From the NCBI GenBank assembly GCA_040754495.1, contig JBFMCO010000014.1:1-58314 (forward strand): a stretch of 58,314 bases of DNA, written 5' to 3'. A program made the translations under genes and the position numbers. Shown here in pieces: positions 1 to 8,245 of the stretch; position 1 is the first letter of the stretch; each line of letters starts with the position of its first letter. Below the pieces are notes generated by a model that searched no databases, was not told the DNA's origin, and saw only the letters and a program-made list of their open reading frames with translations. This DNA comes from Candidatus Micrarchaeota archaeon (lineage in GTDB: Archaea > Micrarchaeota > Micrarchaeia > Anstonellales > Bilamarchaeaceae).

Positions 1-65
1 TGCCTTAACTCTTCAACGGATATTTTGGGGAGGAATTCATCTCCTTTTGGTAGATGCCAGACCAT
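1..65 (-). CDS. 5' fragment of a CDS running off the window (MVWHLPKGDEFLPKISVEELR...), function unknown
   Basis: ATG at 65, open to window edge, TTTATAAA TATA-like box about 25 nt upstream; too short to assign. Confidence 0.35.
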   Translation of the reverse strand, partial: MVWHLPKGDEFLPKISVEELR

Positions 66-187
66 AGATAGTATCTACGGAGGACAATTTATAAAAGTTC
101 GTCTAATTTTGTCCTAGACTATAAATAGAAGCAAGCATGATGCTTCCAGTTAAGCCGTGAAGATAATGCGCCTTCAGAGAAATCCCG

Positions 188-328
188 CTACTTCAGGAAC
201 TGCCCCGGGTTCTCTCTGAAAGCCCATTGGCAGCTGGGAGAACAGAAAAAATACGCTTTGCCCTTGTAGCTCTCTTTTACCGCCTTCTTTTCGTCAACTT
301 CCATACCGCAAACTACGTCCTTTGCCAA
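188..328 (-). CDS. YHS-domain metal-binding microprotein (46 aa; not in ORF track)
   Basis: Manual translation from TTG: MAKDVVCGMEVDEKKAVKESYKGKAYFFCSPSCQWAFRENPGQFLK, matching YHS D-x-VCGM...Y-x-FCS-x-x-C...F...P; abuts upstream stop. Confidence 0.85.
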   Translation of the reverse strand: MAKDVVCGMEVDEKKAVKESYKGKAYFFCSPSCQWAFRENPGQFLK

Positions 329-329
329 T

Positions 330-1451
330 TCAACCACCTTCACCGAACAGCATCTCGTGGGCATTGAGTCCGAGATTGAAGAGCAGTACGCTCCATAAGA
401 GGAATACGGCGGCTGCTATCAAAGCCTCTTTGCGCTGGCCGTCCGTTTTTGCCTTCCTGTAGAAGACCCCAGCCACGCCTGCCGTGAGCAGCAGGTTCAT
501 AAGGACAGCATATTCGCTCAACGGTATTTTCCCTTCTATCTCTTCTATCCCTTCGATATCCGCCTCGCCTATCATCTGTCCGCCAAGTCTCATGAAGGCG
601 TAGTTCAGGCCTTCATGGAAGCCTCCGCCCTCATACCAGAGGTGGCCGAAAACGCCGTTGAAAAATATGAACGCCCCGAGCAAGATGAGTGCCCATGCGG
701 TTGCCCTCTCGACGCGGTCCCTGCCCATTCTTATTATGTCGACCGAATTGACCCCTATCACGCCAAGTATTACCATGAAGATTATGGGCGTTATCCTGCC
801 GATGGCGTTCATCGCCATGAGGACTGCCCCCTGGACCGCGTCCCCGCTCGTCGCCGCGAATGTAAGCAGCACATACGTCACGGGATTGGGGCACCCTATG
901 CCGGCATTCCCGAGAAGGAGGCCAAGCACGAAGACTTTTATGTACTCCGACCGCTCCTGCACGAATTTAGGCATGCTTACGTAGACAGGCGCGAGTTCGA
1001 ATCCTATGAGCTTGAGTTCGGATAATCCGAAGATGAATGCTGCCACGCCTGCAAGAGAATACATCACCCGTGTTGCCGTGTCAAGGCCGAGAAACTCCCC
1101 CACGACCGCGATTGCCGCGCCATAGATGGAAAGCGTTATGGTGAGTCCGAGGCCGAAGACGAGCGCCATCTTTATCCCCTTGCGCCATCCGACCAGTATG
1201 CTCATCGGTACGATGACGAAGACCAGCGGGAGGGTGCACGGAAGAAGAATGTTGGAGACGCCGCCAGCGTAAGATAACGCAAGCGTCGCGGTCGCTTCGG
1301 GCGTTGTCGCCAGATAGACGAGCGAAATGAGTATTATGGAAAAAAGGACGAAGGCTGCGGCTACGAGATAGACCCTTGCCCTCTTTTCGCTCTCGCTGAG
1401 TCCGGCAGAGCGCTCCGGAGCTGCAGCCTCTTTCTGCCTTCGCGCAGCCAT
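330..1451 (-). CDS. CcdA/DsbD transmembrane-domain protein
   Basis: Multi-TM; two membrane Cys-Pro motifs LLPCTLP and GIGCPNP. Confidence 0.8.
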   Translation of the reverse strand: MAARRQKEAAAPERSAGLSESEKRARVYLVAAAFVLFSIILISLVYLATTPEATATLALSYAGGVSNILLPCTLPLVFVIVPMSILVGWRKGIKMALVFGLGLTITLSIYGAAIAVVGEFLGLDTATRVMYSLAGVAAFIFGLSELKLIGFELAPVYVSMPKFVQERSEYIKVFVLGLLLGNAGIGCPNPVTYVLLTFAATSGDAVQGAVLMAMNAIGRITPIIFMVILGVIGVNSVDIIRMGRDRVERATAWALILLGAFIFFNGVFGHLWYEGGGFHEGLNYAFMRLGGQMIGEADIEGIEEIEGKIPLSEYAVLMNLLLTAGVAGVFYRKAKTDGQRKEALIAAAVFLLWSVLLFNLGLNAHEMLFGEGG

Positions 1452-1452
1452 T

Positions 1453-1728
1453 TTACCTCTCCTTGCCGAGCGTGTTCCATATCAGCGCGAACAGGGCCCC
1501 GAAGAACGCTCCTGAAACGAAGGCGAGCACGGTTCCCACGACAAGATTGGCTGCGTCGAGAGGCAGAGCCGTGGCCGCCACGCCGCCTATGTGGTGCACC
1601 GTCAGGGCATACCCTATAATCCCCCCTCCGGTCAGGGCCACAAGGACATTCCACGCAAGATGTCCTGTTGCAAAGGTAAGGCCAAGCGCAACCGCAGCCT
1701 GCTTCACGTCTAATCTCAAATCCATCAC
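1453..1728 (-). CDS. Small membrane protein with intramembrane His (DUF5676-like)
   Basis: 91 aa, hydrophobic helices, GHLAW and HH motifs, tightly packed in operon. Confidence 0.65.
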   Translation of the reverse strand: MMDLRLDVKQAAVALGLTFATGHLAWNVLVALTGGGIIGYALTVHHIGGVAATALPLDAANLVVGTVLAFVSGAFFGALFALIWNTLGKER

Positions 1729-1759
1729 CCCACACGGTCTTCTTCATCTATCCTTATTA

Positions 1760-2989
1760 TCAAACCCCGCAGCCTCCGCCCGGAATGAGTACCGGAGGGA
1801 AGCCCTCCAGCTTCTTCCTCGTGTTCTGGTAGCCGGTGTAGCTCGAATAATTCGCGGAAAGAAGTTCCCTCGCGCCTACGCTCTCCCAGCTCACGTTCTG
1901 ATATCCGAGATAAGCAGCCGTCTCTATATACGACTGGGGGAACCAGTAGCTGTTGGCTGTCAGCAAGGCATCGTACATCTCGTCCTCGCTCGCGTTCTGG
2001 TATGCCATCCACTCGAGGAGGCCGAGGGCCGCCATGCCGTGGTTGCAGTCCGGGAAGGAAGTCGGGTTGTTGCAGCAGGGGCGGTAGGTGCTGTTCGCGA
2101 CGCTTTCCACGAACTCCTGCTGCCTCGCGTCGAGCACGAGCAGGTCCGCGCCGTTATACAGCTCCCGGCCCCTTTTCTCGCCAAGCGGCCATCCTGCCGT
2201 GCTTGCCATGTTGTTCACGGACGCATCGCCGATTTTGCCCGACACGCCGCCCAGCACCGGGTTCCTGTTAGCCAGGCCGAAGGCCCAGAAGACGTTGAGG
2301 ACGAAGTAGGAGTTGTTCCTGTCCATCATGATGGCGGAATCGCTCCCATTCACGAGTATCCCCATCTGTTCCGGGGTGAGCGGCCTGCCGTTGAACGCCA
2401 TGCGCTCCTCGAATTTCGACAGGTTTATTGCCCCGCTGGCAAGCGTCCTCGGGCCGACGTCGTTCCACCGCACCGGCAGGACAATGCCCCCGGAGGGTAT
2501 TATCTTTTCGGCAAGCGCGTTGGCAGAAGCGTTCGCGTCATCCGCCGGAGCCGCGGGCGATGCGTTCTGCGAGGCGTTTTGGGGCTGCGGTCCAGTCTGG
2601 ATGCCGGCGCCCTCCGTATCACGGTATGAGCCGATGCCGTCCATCACGTTGTACACGTTCGTATATCCGAGGTCGGCGAGCTTCTGGGAAGCATCCGCGC
2701 TCATCCTTCCGGTCCTGCAATAGACGACTATCTTCGCGTCCCGCTGCTGCGGCAGCTTGTCGAGGTTCTGCCCTATCGCGTCATATGGTATGAAGGCGTC
2801 CGTGCCGTTCAGGTGCTCCTGAACCTCCGGCACGTGGACGTCGAGGAGGAAAAAGTCCTTCTCTTCCATCATTCCCTGCAGCGTGGACTCGGTGATATTC
2901 GTGTATGTGGCGTTCCCAGGGCCCGGCTCTTTCGCCGTGCAACCCAAGACCGTAAGAAGCAATAGCATTGCCGCAATCGGGGCTTTCAT
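1760..2989 (-). CDS. Lipoprotein: rhodanese domain fused to Cys/His-rich domain, ends GGGCGV
   Basis: Lipobox VLGC; rhodanese LLDV..P.E and active-site loop YCRTGRMS; PCCNN...DCNHGMA. Confidence 0.8.
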   Translation of the reverse strand: MKAPIAAMLLLLTVLGCTAKEPGPGNATYTNITESTLQGMMEEKDFFLLDVHVPEVQEHLNGTDAFIPYDAIGQNLDKLPQQRDAKIVVYCRTGRMSADASQKLADLGYTNVYNVMDGIGSYRDTEGAGIQTGPQPQNASQNASPAAPADDANASANALAEKIIPSGGIVLPVRWNDVGPRTLASGAINLSKFEERMAFNGRPLTPEQMGILVNGSDSAIMMDRNNSYFVLNVFWAFGLANRNPVLGGVSGKIGDASVNNMASTAGWPLGEKRGRELYNGADLLVLDARQQEFVESVANSTYRPCCNNPTSFPDCNHGMAALGLLEWMAYQNASEDEMYDALLTANSYWFPQSYIETAAYLGYQNVSWESVGARELLSANYSSYTGYQNTRKKLEGFPPVLIPGGGCGV

Positions 2990-2990
2990 G

Positions 2991-3116
2991 TCATCTTCCC
3001 AATATGAAACCTACGGCAAGCAATATCAACATTCCGAATGCGACAACCTGGACCCAGTTGATGCCTCCGCCCTCCTGTTTTCCTTTTCCATGCCCGCTAT
3101 CTCCGCAACAACCCAT
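2991..3116 (-). CDS. 41-aa membrane microprotein MGCCGDSGHG... (not in ORF track)
   Basis: GAGGTGA RBS, ATG 3116, stop abuts next ATG; CC motif then one TM helix. Confidence 0.7.
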   Translation of the reverse strand: MGCCGDSGHGKGKQEGGGINWVQVVAFGMLILLAVGFILGR

Positions 3117-3134
3117 GTAATCACCTCTTTTGGC

Positions 3135-3293
3135 CTATATCCCGAAGAAAGTGAAGCCCGGGTGCATCACCTTCATCATCGCTATGTAGGCCGCGATGAA
3201 GACCCCTATCCAGAAAATGTTCTCTATCCACGGCCACCACCAGCGGGTTGCCGGTTTCCGGCCTCCGGTTTCCGGTTTAGGTTCTAATGGCAT
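3135..3293 (-). CDS. 52-aa membrane microprotein with heptamer-repeat-encoded N-terminus
   Basis: ATG 3293 overlaps end of upstream gene; MPLEPKPETGGRKPATRWWWPW then TM helix. Confidence 0.5.
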   Translation of the reverse strand: MPLEPKPETGGRKPATRWWWPWIENIFWIGVFIAAYIAMMKVMHPGFTFFGI

Positions 3294-3481
3294 TTTTTCC
3301 CTCCGAAGGCCATCATGGCCACATGGCTCCCGACGCAGATGAGCGTCGCGAGCGGAAAGAGCCACCAGCCGCTTATCCCGGCAAGCTGGAAGGCCAGTAT
3401 CACCAGCACCGGCAGCGCGCAGCACACCGCCATCATGGCGAAATGGTTTTTCCTAATCGAGTCCCATAGTTTGGATAGCAA
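3284..3481 (-). CDS. Small 2-TM Cys/His protein (DUF2933-like)
   Basis: NH..MM..CC..P and C..SH..MM..GGKKCH motifs. Confidence 0.7.
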   Translation of the reverse strand: MLSKLWDSIRKNHFAMMAVCCALPVLVILAFQLAGISGWWLFPLATLICVGSHVAMMAFGGKKCH

Positions 3482-3485
3482 TCCA

Positions 3486-4091
3486 TCACCCGAAATTTCT
3501 CTCTACCAGCGCGTAGATATAGACGGACGCGGCCGCCCCTGCAAGCATGCCGGTTGCAAAGCGCACCGGATTCGTGCTCTCCCAGAACTCAAGAAGCTGG
3601 CCCGTCCCATCGACCGCAAGCGGCAGTATCGCGAGCAGAAGGAAGGCGACGTGGGGGACGAATGGCTTCTTCCATACGAAAGGCAGGGCAAGGCCGGCCA
3701 GCAGCATGGACAGATATATCCCGATGTTCCTCGTGTCGTTCGGGAACTTGTAGCCGGCAACATCCCCATAGAGCACCTTTTCAGCCCGGTTCAGGCCTAT
3801 CTGCTCGCGCGAGTAGGCGAAGACACCGTCCCAGGCGCGCCTCGCATTGGTGAACTCCGTGCTTATCACGGCACCCTCCCCTTTCTGTATGCAGTCCCCG
3901 ACCCAGTGCTCCGTGCCGTCGTAGAAGACACAGCTCGAGCGGTATATCCACTGGTGGCAGGTCGGTGCGTAGAGGTTGTAGCTCAGGGATGCCAGCTCCC
4001 GTGGCCCGTGGAAGGCGAGGAGCGGCGTCATTGCTATCGTTCCGACAATCGCAAGCATGACGGATAGGTAGAGCAGATAAACCTTGTTCAC
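3486..4091 (-). CDS. DUF2085-family membrane protein
   Basis: CHQ...RS, R..GIY, LP...DG..Q and N..RF.TG motifs. Confidence 0.75.
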   Translation of the reverse strand: MNKVYLLYLSVMLAIVGTIAMTPLLAFHGPRELASLSYNLYAPTCHQWIYRSSCVFYDGTEHWVGDCIQKGEGAVISTEFTNARRAWDGVFAYSREQIGLNRAEKVLYGDVAGYKFPNDTRNIGIYLSMLLAGLALPFVWKKPFVPHVAFLLLAILPLAVDGTGQLLEFWESTNPVRFATGMLAGAAASVYIYALVERNFG

Positions 4092-4095
4092 CGCT

Positions 4096-4389
4096 TCACC
4101 TTTGGAAGTTGGACAGGTCCTGGCCGACCGCCTGCTTGAATTTCACCGGGTTCACGTACTTGTAGCATTCCTGGAACCTGTCAGGGTGGTGGCTCAGGTG
4201 CTGGAGGTTGCTCGGGTCGTTGATATCCCCGCACTCCGGCGGCGGCGAGCCCAAGGCAATCGCCGGCCCTGGCTGCCCTGCGCCCTGGTTCTGCGCCGCA
4301 GCCGGCGGTGCCAGGAACGAAAGGAAGGCCAACGACAGCAGCGCCCCTGCCGCCACGAGGACGGCTCCGTACAATATTTTTTCATCCAT
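4096..4389 (-). CDS. Secreted/membrane-anchored hypothetical with C...HLSHHP...C motif
   Basis: N-terminal hydrophobic helix; operon spacing of 4 nt on both sides. Confidence 0.7.
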   Translation of the reverse strand: MDEKILYGAVLVAAGALLSLAFLSFLAPPAAAQNQGAGQPGPAIALGSPPPECGDINDPSNLQHLSHHPDRFQECYKYVNPVKFKQAVGQDLSNFQR

Positions 4390-4393
4390 GTTA

Positions 4394-5158
4394 TCACATC
4401 CCGATGCCCCTCCAGGGAATCGCCCGATAGAGAAGGCTTACGAACGAAAGGTACTGGCCGCTCAAAAGGAGCAGGCCCATCACTATGAATATCGCGCCGA
4501 CCGCGAGGCGGACCGCCCGCTGGTGGCGCTGGAGCAGCTTCAGGCTTTCCATAGTGCGCGAGAAGAACAGCGATGCCAGAAGGAAGGAAAGCCCGAGGCC
4601 TGCCGAGAACGCCAGCATGATGAGCCCGCCCGCAAAGGTGTCCTGCGTTGAGGCCGCGAGCATGAGCGTGGGGAAGAGCGTCGGGGATATGCAGTGCGAA
4701 CAGACGAGGGCGAAGATGGCCCCGACCAGGAAGACGCCTGCGTAGGAGAGCGCGCCGTCCTCCCCGCGCCACCTTTCCGTGGCCTTCTGCAGCTTCTCAT
4801 CATCCATCATGCCGCCAAAGCGCCACAGGACGTCCTTGAGCAGGCCTAGATAATGCAGCCCGAGTATGACGAACAGGACCCCTGCGAGCAGCGACGTTAT
4901 GCCGAAAAACGCCGGCATTGCCCCGGCAAGGGCCGCGGCCGCCGCTCCCACTGCCGTGAAGACCAGCGTGAAGGCCAGCACGAAGACGAGCGTCTTAGCA
5001 AAAAGCTGGCGCCTGACCGGCGCAGAGCCGCCGTCGCGCAGCAGCGCATCGAAGCTGAAGCCCGTGATAGTCGTAAGATAGACTATTATCATGGGTATGA
5101 TGCAGGGCGATATGAACGAAACGACGCCGGTCAGGAACGGCAGCGCAAGCTCCATCAC
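4394..5158 (-). CDS. ccdA: Cytochrome c biogenesis CcdA-family protein
   Basis: GVVSFISPCIIP and CSHCISPTL motifs, about 6-7 TM. Confidence 0.85.
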   Translation of the reverse strand: MMELALPFLTGVVSFISPCIIPMIIVYLTTITGFSFDALLRDGGSAPVRRQLFAKTLVFVLAFTLVFTAVGAAAAALAGAMPAFFGITSLLAGVLFVILGLHYLGLLKDVLWRFGGMMDDEKLQKATERWRGEDGALSYAGVFLVGAIFALVCSHCISPTLFPTLMLAASTQDTFAGGLIMLAFSAGLGLSFLLASLFFSRTMESLKLLQRHQRAVRLAVGAIFIVMGLLLLSGQYLSFVSLLYRAIPWRGIGM

Positions 5159-5886
5159 ATCGTCCCTCCGAACAGTATGTAGAGCGCGAAGAGCACCATG
5201 AGCAGGCCCATTCCGAGCTTGAAGTTGCGCCGGTTGTCCTTCTCGGCCTTCTCGAGCCTCTCGAGAACCCGCTCGTCAGACGAGACCACGAGCGCCAGGA
5301 TGAGGGGCAGCACGAACATGAGGTTATAAAGTCCCAGGAGCCCCAGTCCTGCCACGTCCAGCCCCTTCGAGCTAATCAGCGTGATTATCGCCACGTAGAG
5401 CCCCCCTACGCACGGGAAGGCGCAGAGGCCGACGAGTATGCCCGCGATGAACGTGGCGAACATGGTTCCTTTCTCCAGGAAACGCGAGAGATACGGCTTG
5501 CTGAACTCCGGGATTTTGAGCGTGCTCGTGCCCATCAGCCCGTCCTTGACGGAAACGGCCCCCACCGCAAGCAAAAGAACCGCGCCGGCTTTCGCCATGA
5601 AGTGCGGCTCGAAGACCGAGACGGCCTTCATTATCCCGAGCCCTATCCCGAAATAGGCGATGAACACGCCCAGGATGTAGAGGAGGCCGAATGCCAGTAT
5701 CTGCGTCCTCGTGCGCTTGACCGAGAGCAGGAACGCGATGAAGAAAAGGAGCACGGTGAAGCCGCAGGGATGTATGCCGTCGAGGAATCCCGTCACTATG
5801 ACCAGGCCGACCATGTTCTGCGAAAGATACAGATATGCCGCTGCTACGATAAGGAAAAGGAAAAGAAGCAGGTGGGACGCTTTCAT
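5155..5886 (-). CDS. CcdA-like membrane protein
   Basis: GFLDGIHPCGF and FPCVGGLY motifs, multi-TM. Confidence 0.8.
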   Translation of the reverse strand: MKASHLLLFLFLIVAAAYLYLSQNMVGLVIVTGFLDGIHPCGFTVLLFFIAFLLSVKRTRTQILAFGLLYILGVFIAYFGIGLGIMKAVSVFEPHFMAKAGAVLLLAVGAVSVKDGLMGTSTLKIPEFSKPYLSRFLEKGTMFATFIAGILVGLCAFPCVGGLYVAIITLISSKGLDVAGLGLLGLYNLMFVLPLILALVVSSDERVLERLEKAEKDNRRNFKLGMGLLMVLFALYILFGGTM

Positions 5887-6441
5887 TCAGTTCCCTCTGA
5901 GCGAGTAGGCCACGAAGCCTCCTGCAAGGACCAGCAATGAGAGCGGGAGGATGAGGCCGAGCGAGCCGGCTCCGCTTCCCGCGCCCCCTCCAGCCGCCGC
6001 GCAGTCCGCAATCGGCTGGTCTATGGGGCAGGCGTGCTCCTTCCCGTCCATGAGCATCTTGTAGCCAGTAGGCTTGTCCATGCTGTCCTGCGTCACCACC
6101 ACCTGGCCGCCCGGGGCCTTCAGGTAACCCTCAATAAGCTCCGGCGGCACGTGGCCCTCGAAGAGGTACTTGTCGTCCACAAGCACGAGGAGGTGGCCCT
6201 GCATCCCCAGCGGGACTCCGAAGCGCTCCTGTATGGCTGCGACTTCGGTGCGGGCCTGCGCGTCGGACATGTAATCCTTTATGGCCACGTCGCTGTAGCC
6301 GTTGCGCTCAAGCATATCCATGAGGTCGTCCATGTACATCACGCAGTGCCCGCATCCCTCGTTCTTGTAGATGAGCACCCCTCCGGCGAAAACGCCGGGA
6401 AGCAGGAGGAGCAGAAGGAGCGCTGCCGCCCTCCTCAGCAT
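5887..6441 (-). CDS. Exported CxxC thioredoxin-fold/DUF411-like protein with C-terminal TM anchor
   Basis: Signal peptide, GCGHC, YLFEGHVP, C-terminal hydrophobic helix. Confidence 0.7.
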   Translation of the reverse strand: MLRRAAALLLLLLLPGVFAGGVLIYKNEGCGHCVMYMDDLMDMLERNGYSDVAIKDYMSDAQARTEVAAIQERFGVPLGMQGHLLVLVDDKYLFEGHVPPELIEGYLKAPGGQVVVTQDSMDKPTGYKMLMDGKEHACPIDQPIADCAAAGGGAGSGAGSLGLILPLSLLVLAGGFVAYSLRGN

Positions 6442-6638
6442 CCTCCCACCATCCCGGCGCCGCTGCCTGCAGATTTTGGTGGGATCGCAGGCTGCGCGTT
6501 CTGGCCATTTGCTGGCGCGTTAGTCTGTGCCGGCGCATTCTGGGCGAGCTTCACCAGCCCGTACAGCTGGAACGCCTGCACAAGGGTGACGATGACGAGT
6601 ATGGCGGCCACCAGCACCATGAGCATCTCCCTGTTCAT
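6435..6638 (-). CDS. Membrane-anchored MVGGC-terminal protein 1
   Basis: TM helix, Q-A-F-Q-L, A/P/Q/N linker, ends GMVGGC. Confidence 0.8.
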   Translation of the reverse strand: MNREMLMVLVAAILVIVTLVQAFQLYGLVKLAQNAPAQTNAPANGQNAQPAIPPKSAGSGAGMVGGC

Positions 6639-6775
6639 GCCGCATCACCCTCGCCGTCGCCGGCACCTTTGCCTTTCTTGTCGTCCATTCTCTCCTCGCA
6701 ATGATAGCAGTAGTCGCCCGGCTCGTTGCCGCAGCAGGCGAACACTATCTTGCCGCAATCCTTGCATTTCTTCAT
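6635..6775 (-). CDS. 46-aa Cys-rich putative Zn-binding microprotein (not in ORF track)
   Basis: MKKCKDCGKIVFACCGNEPGDYCYHCEERMDDKK...; GAGG RBS; ATGA overlap with downstream gene. Confidence 0.75.
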   Translation of the reverse strand: MKKCKDCGKIVFACCGNEPGDYCYHCEERMDDKKGKGAGDGEGDAA

Positions 6776-6776
6776 T

Positions 6777-6989
6777 CTAACAACCTCCTACCATTCCGCT
6801 GCCTGCCGGCTTCGCGGCTGCTGTGGCGGGCTGGTCGTGGTGGCCTGCCATCGGGTCAACCGCCTGTGCCAGCGCCCCGGCTTGCGGACCAGACACCTGT
6901 CCAACCAGGCCGGAAAGCTGGTAAGCCTGCACGACCGCGACTACGAGCAGTATTGACACGACTGCCAATACCAGGAATTCCTTGTCCAT
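6777..6989 (-). CDS. Membrane-anchored MVGGC-terminal protein 2
   Basis: Paralog of 6435-6638; ends GMVGGC. Confidence 0.8.
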   Translation of the reverse strand: MDKEFLVLAVVSILLVVAVVQAYQLSGLVGQVSGPQAGALAQAVDPMAGHHDQPATAAAKPAGSGMVGGC

Positions 6990-7005
6990 CCTTCATCACC
7001 TCTCC

Positions 7006-7788
7006 CTAGCATCCTCCTACCATCGCACCGCCGCTACCGCCAGCCGAGGCTGCGCTCTCTATGCCGCGGTACTTGTTGGAGGCGAGATTGACGTAGTTCA
7101 GCTCGACGCCCTGCGACTTGAGGACGGCCGCCTTCTGGGCATGGACGCCCGGGAAGAACAGCACCTTCCACTTGCCGAGCTCCTCGAGGATCTGGTCATC
7201 CGTGTACTCGGAGCCGTGGTTCTTGATGAGGTACTTGGCAAGCCCCCTCATGGCGTAGCTGTGCGAGCATCCGCAGGCCGGCGCGCCGGTCGCGAACACA
7301 AGCGTCTTCGCGCCGCAGCAGTATTCGCACGCTATGCTCGTCCCTATCTTCACGTAGCGCTGCAGGTCGGCGCCCTGCAGGTCTATCTGCTGGTCGTATA
7401 TGGCGAGCTTGTCTATCGTGCTGTCCGCAAGCTGCGGGTTCGTCTCGGAGACATCGTCGTACCTGATGCCGAGCTCTGAGCCGTATATGGCCGGGACGCC
7501 GGTTGGGCGGACATCCACCGCCTGCAGCGAAGCCCCTGACGGCTGCGCCTGGGTTGAAGGCGCCGCCTGCGCGGCCGCCACTCCCCCGGCCTTCACCAGC
7601 GGCATCGAGTATAGGGTCGCAATCTGGAACTGGTTGAACGCGGCCACGACCACCAGCACGGCAAGAAGCCCTATCAGTATCGTATGGTACTGGGGCCCTT
7701 CCGGAGCCGTCCCCCCTGCCTGCGCGGCCGGCCCCTCGCCGGCCTGCCTTTTCCGGGAATCCTCCACGGTCCTCCTTTCATCCATCAT
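7006..7788 (-). CDS. Membrane-anchored Cys-rich protein, MVGGC-terminal protein 3
   Basis: Same TM/FNQFQ start as the small paralogs; CEYCC...CGCSH..AMRGL domain; ends AMVGGC. Confidence 0.8.
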   Translation of the reverse strand: MMDERRTVEDSRKRQAGEGPAAQAGGTAPEGPQYHTILIGLLAVLVVVAAFNQFQIATLYSMPLVKAGGVAAAQAAPSTQAQPSGASLQAVDVRPTGVPAIYGSELGIRYDDVSETNPQLADSTIDKLAIYDQQIDLQGADLQRYVKIGTSIACEYCCGAKTLVFATGAPACGCSHSYAMRGLAKYLIKNHGSEYTDDQILEELGKWKVLFFPGVHAQKAAVLKSQGVELNYVNLASNKYRGIESAASAGGSGGAMVGGC

Positions 7789-7804
7789 GTCACCTTTTTC
7801 TTTT

Positions 7805-7878
7805 TTGTAAGTTTTACAATGCGTGTAATACTAAACCAATCTATTTTTAAACATTTGTAAGCCTTACATTTATTGTAA
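7805..7878. promoter_or_regulatory. Divergent promoter with two TGTAA-N3-TTACA-N5-TGTAA operator-like sites
   Basis: TTGTAAGTTTTACAATGCGTGTAA (7805-7828) and TTGTAAGCCTTACATTTATTGTAA (7855-7878) between operon and repressor; TACA/TGTA half-sites typical of BlaI/MecI/CopY. Confidence 0.65.
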
Positions 7879-7885
7879 AGGTTGA

Positions 7886-8245
7886 TTGGTTATGATTGCA
7901 AAGGGAGTTCTGGAGGAGCTGAGCCCGCTGGAAGCCGAGGTCCTCAAAGCCCTGCTTCCGGGCAGGAAGATGAAGGTGAGGGACGTCCATGCCTCGGTCT
8001 CGAAGAGGCAGAAGGTAGTCCTCACCAGCGTCGCGGTCATGCTGGACCGGCTTCATGGGAAGCGGCTCGTTGACCGCGAGATAGAGACGTGCCGCGGAGG
8101 CACGAGGTACATATACTTCCTGAGGAAAAGCCCGGCGGAAATAGAAGAGGAGTATCTGAAGGGCCAGGTGGACGGTATTATAAGCAAGTTCGGGGATAAG
8201 GCTATAGCGTACTTCCACAAGAGGTTCAGCGAAGGGAAAGCATGA
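7886..8245 (+). CDS. BlaI/MecI/CopY-family transcriptional repressor
   Basis: LSPLEAEVLK.L, TSV..MLDRL..K.LV.R winged helix, ...FGD.A.AYF dimerisation tail. Confidence 0.85.
   Translation: MVMIAKGVLEELSPLEAEVLKALLPGRKMKVRDVHASVSKRQKVVLTSVAVMLDRLHGKRLVDREIETCRGGTRYIYFLRKSPAEIEEEYLKGQVDGIISKFGDKAIAYFHKRFSEGKA

Noticed and set aside
1463-2629. Long antisense ORFs (also 22439-23812, 34113-35303, 55131-56531 and others)
   Set aside because: Shadows of GC3-rich genes on the opposite strand, with no motifs
6435-6449. Selenocysteine read-through after MVGGC-TGA
   Set aside because: The two paralogs end in TAG, and this TGA overlaps the next gene's start
330-7788. Cytochrome c maturation locus with a cytochrome substrate
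   Set aside because: No CxxCH protein, CcmF or ResB/ResC in the operon; CcdA alone indicates only thiol reduction
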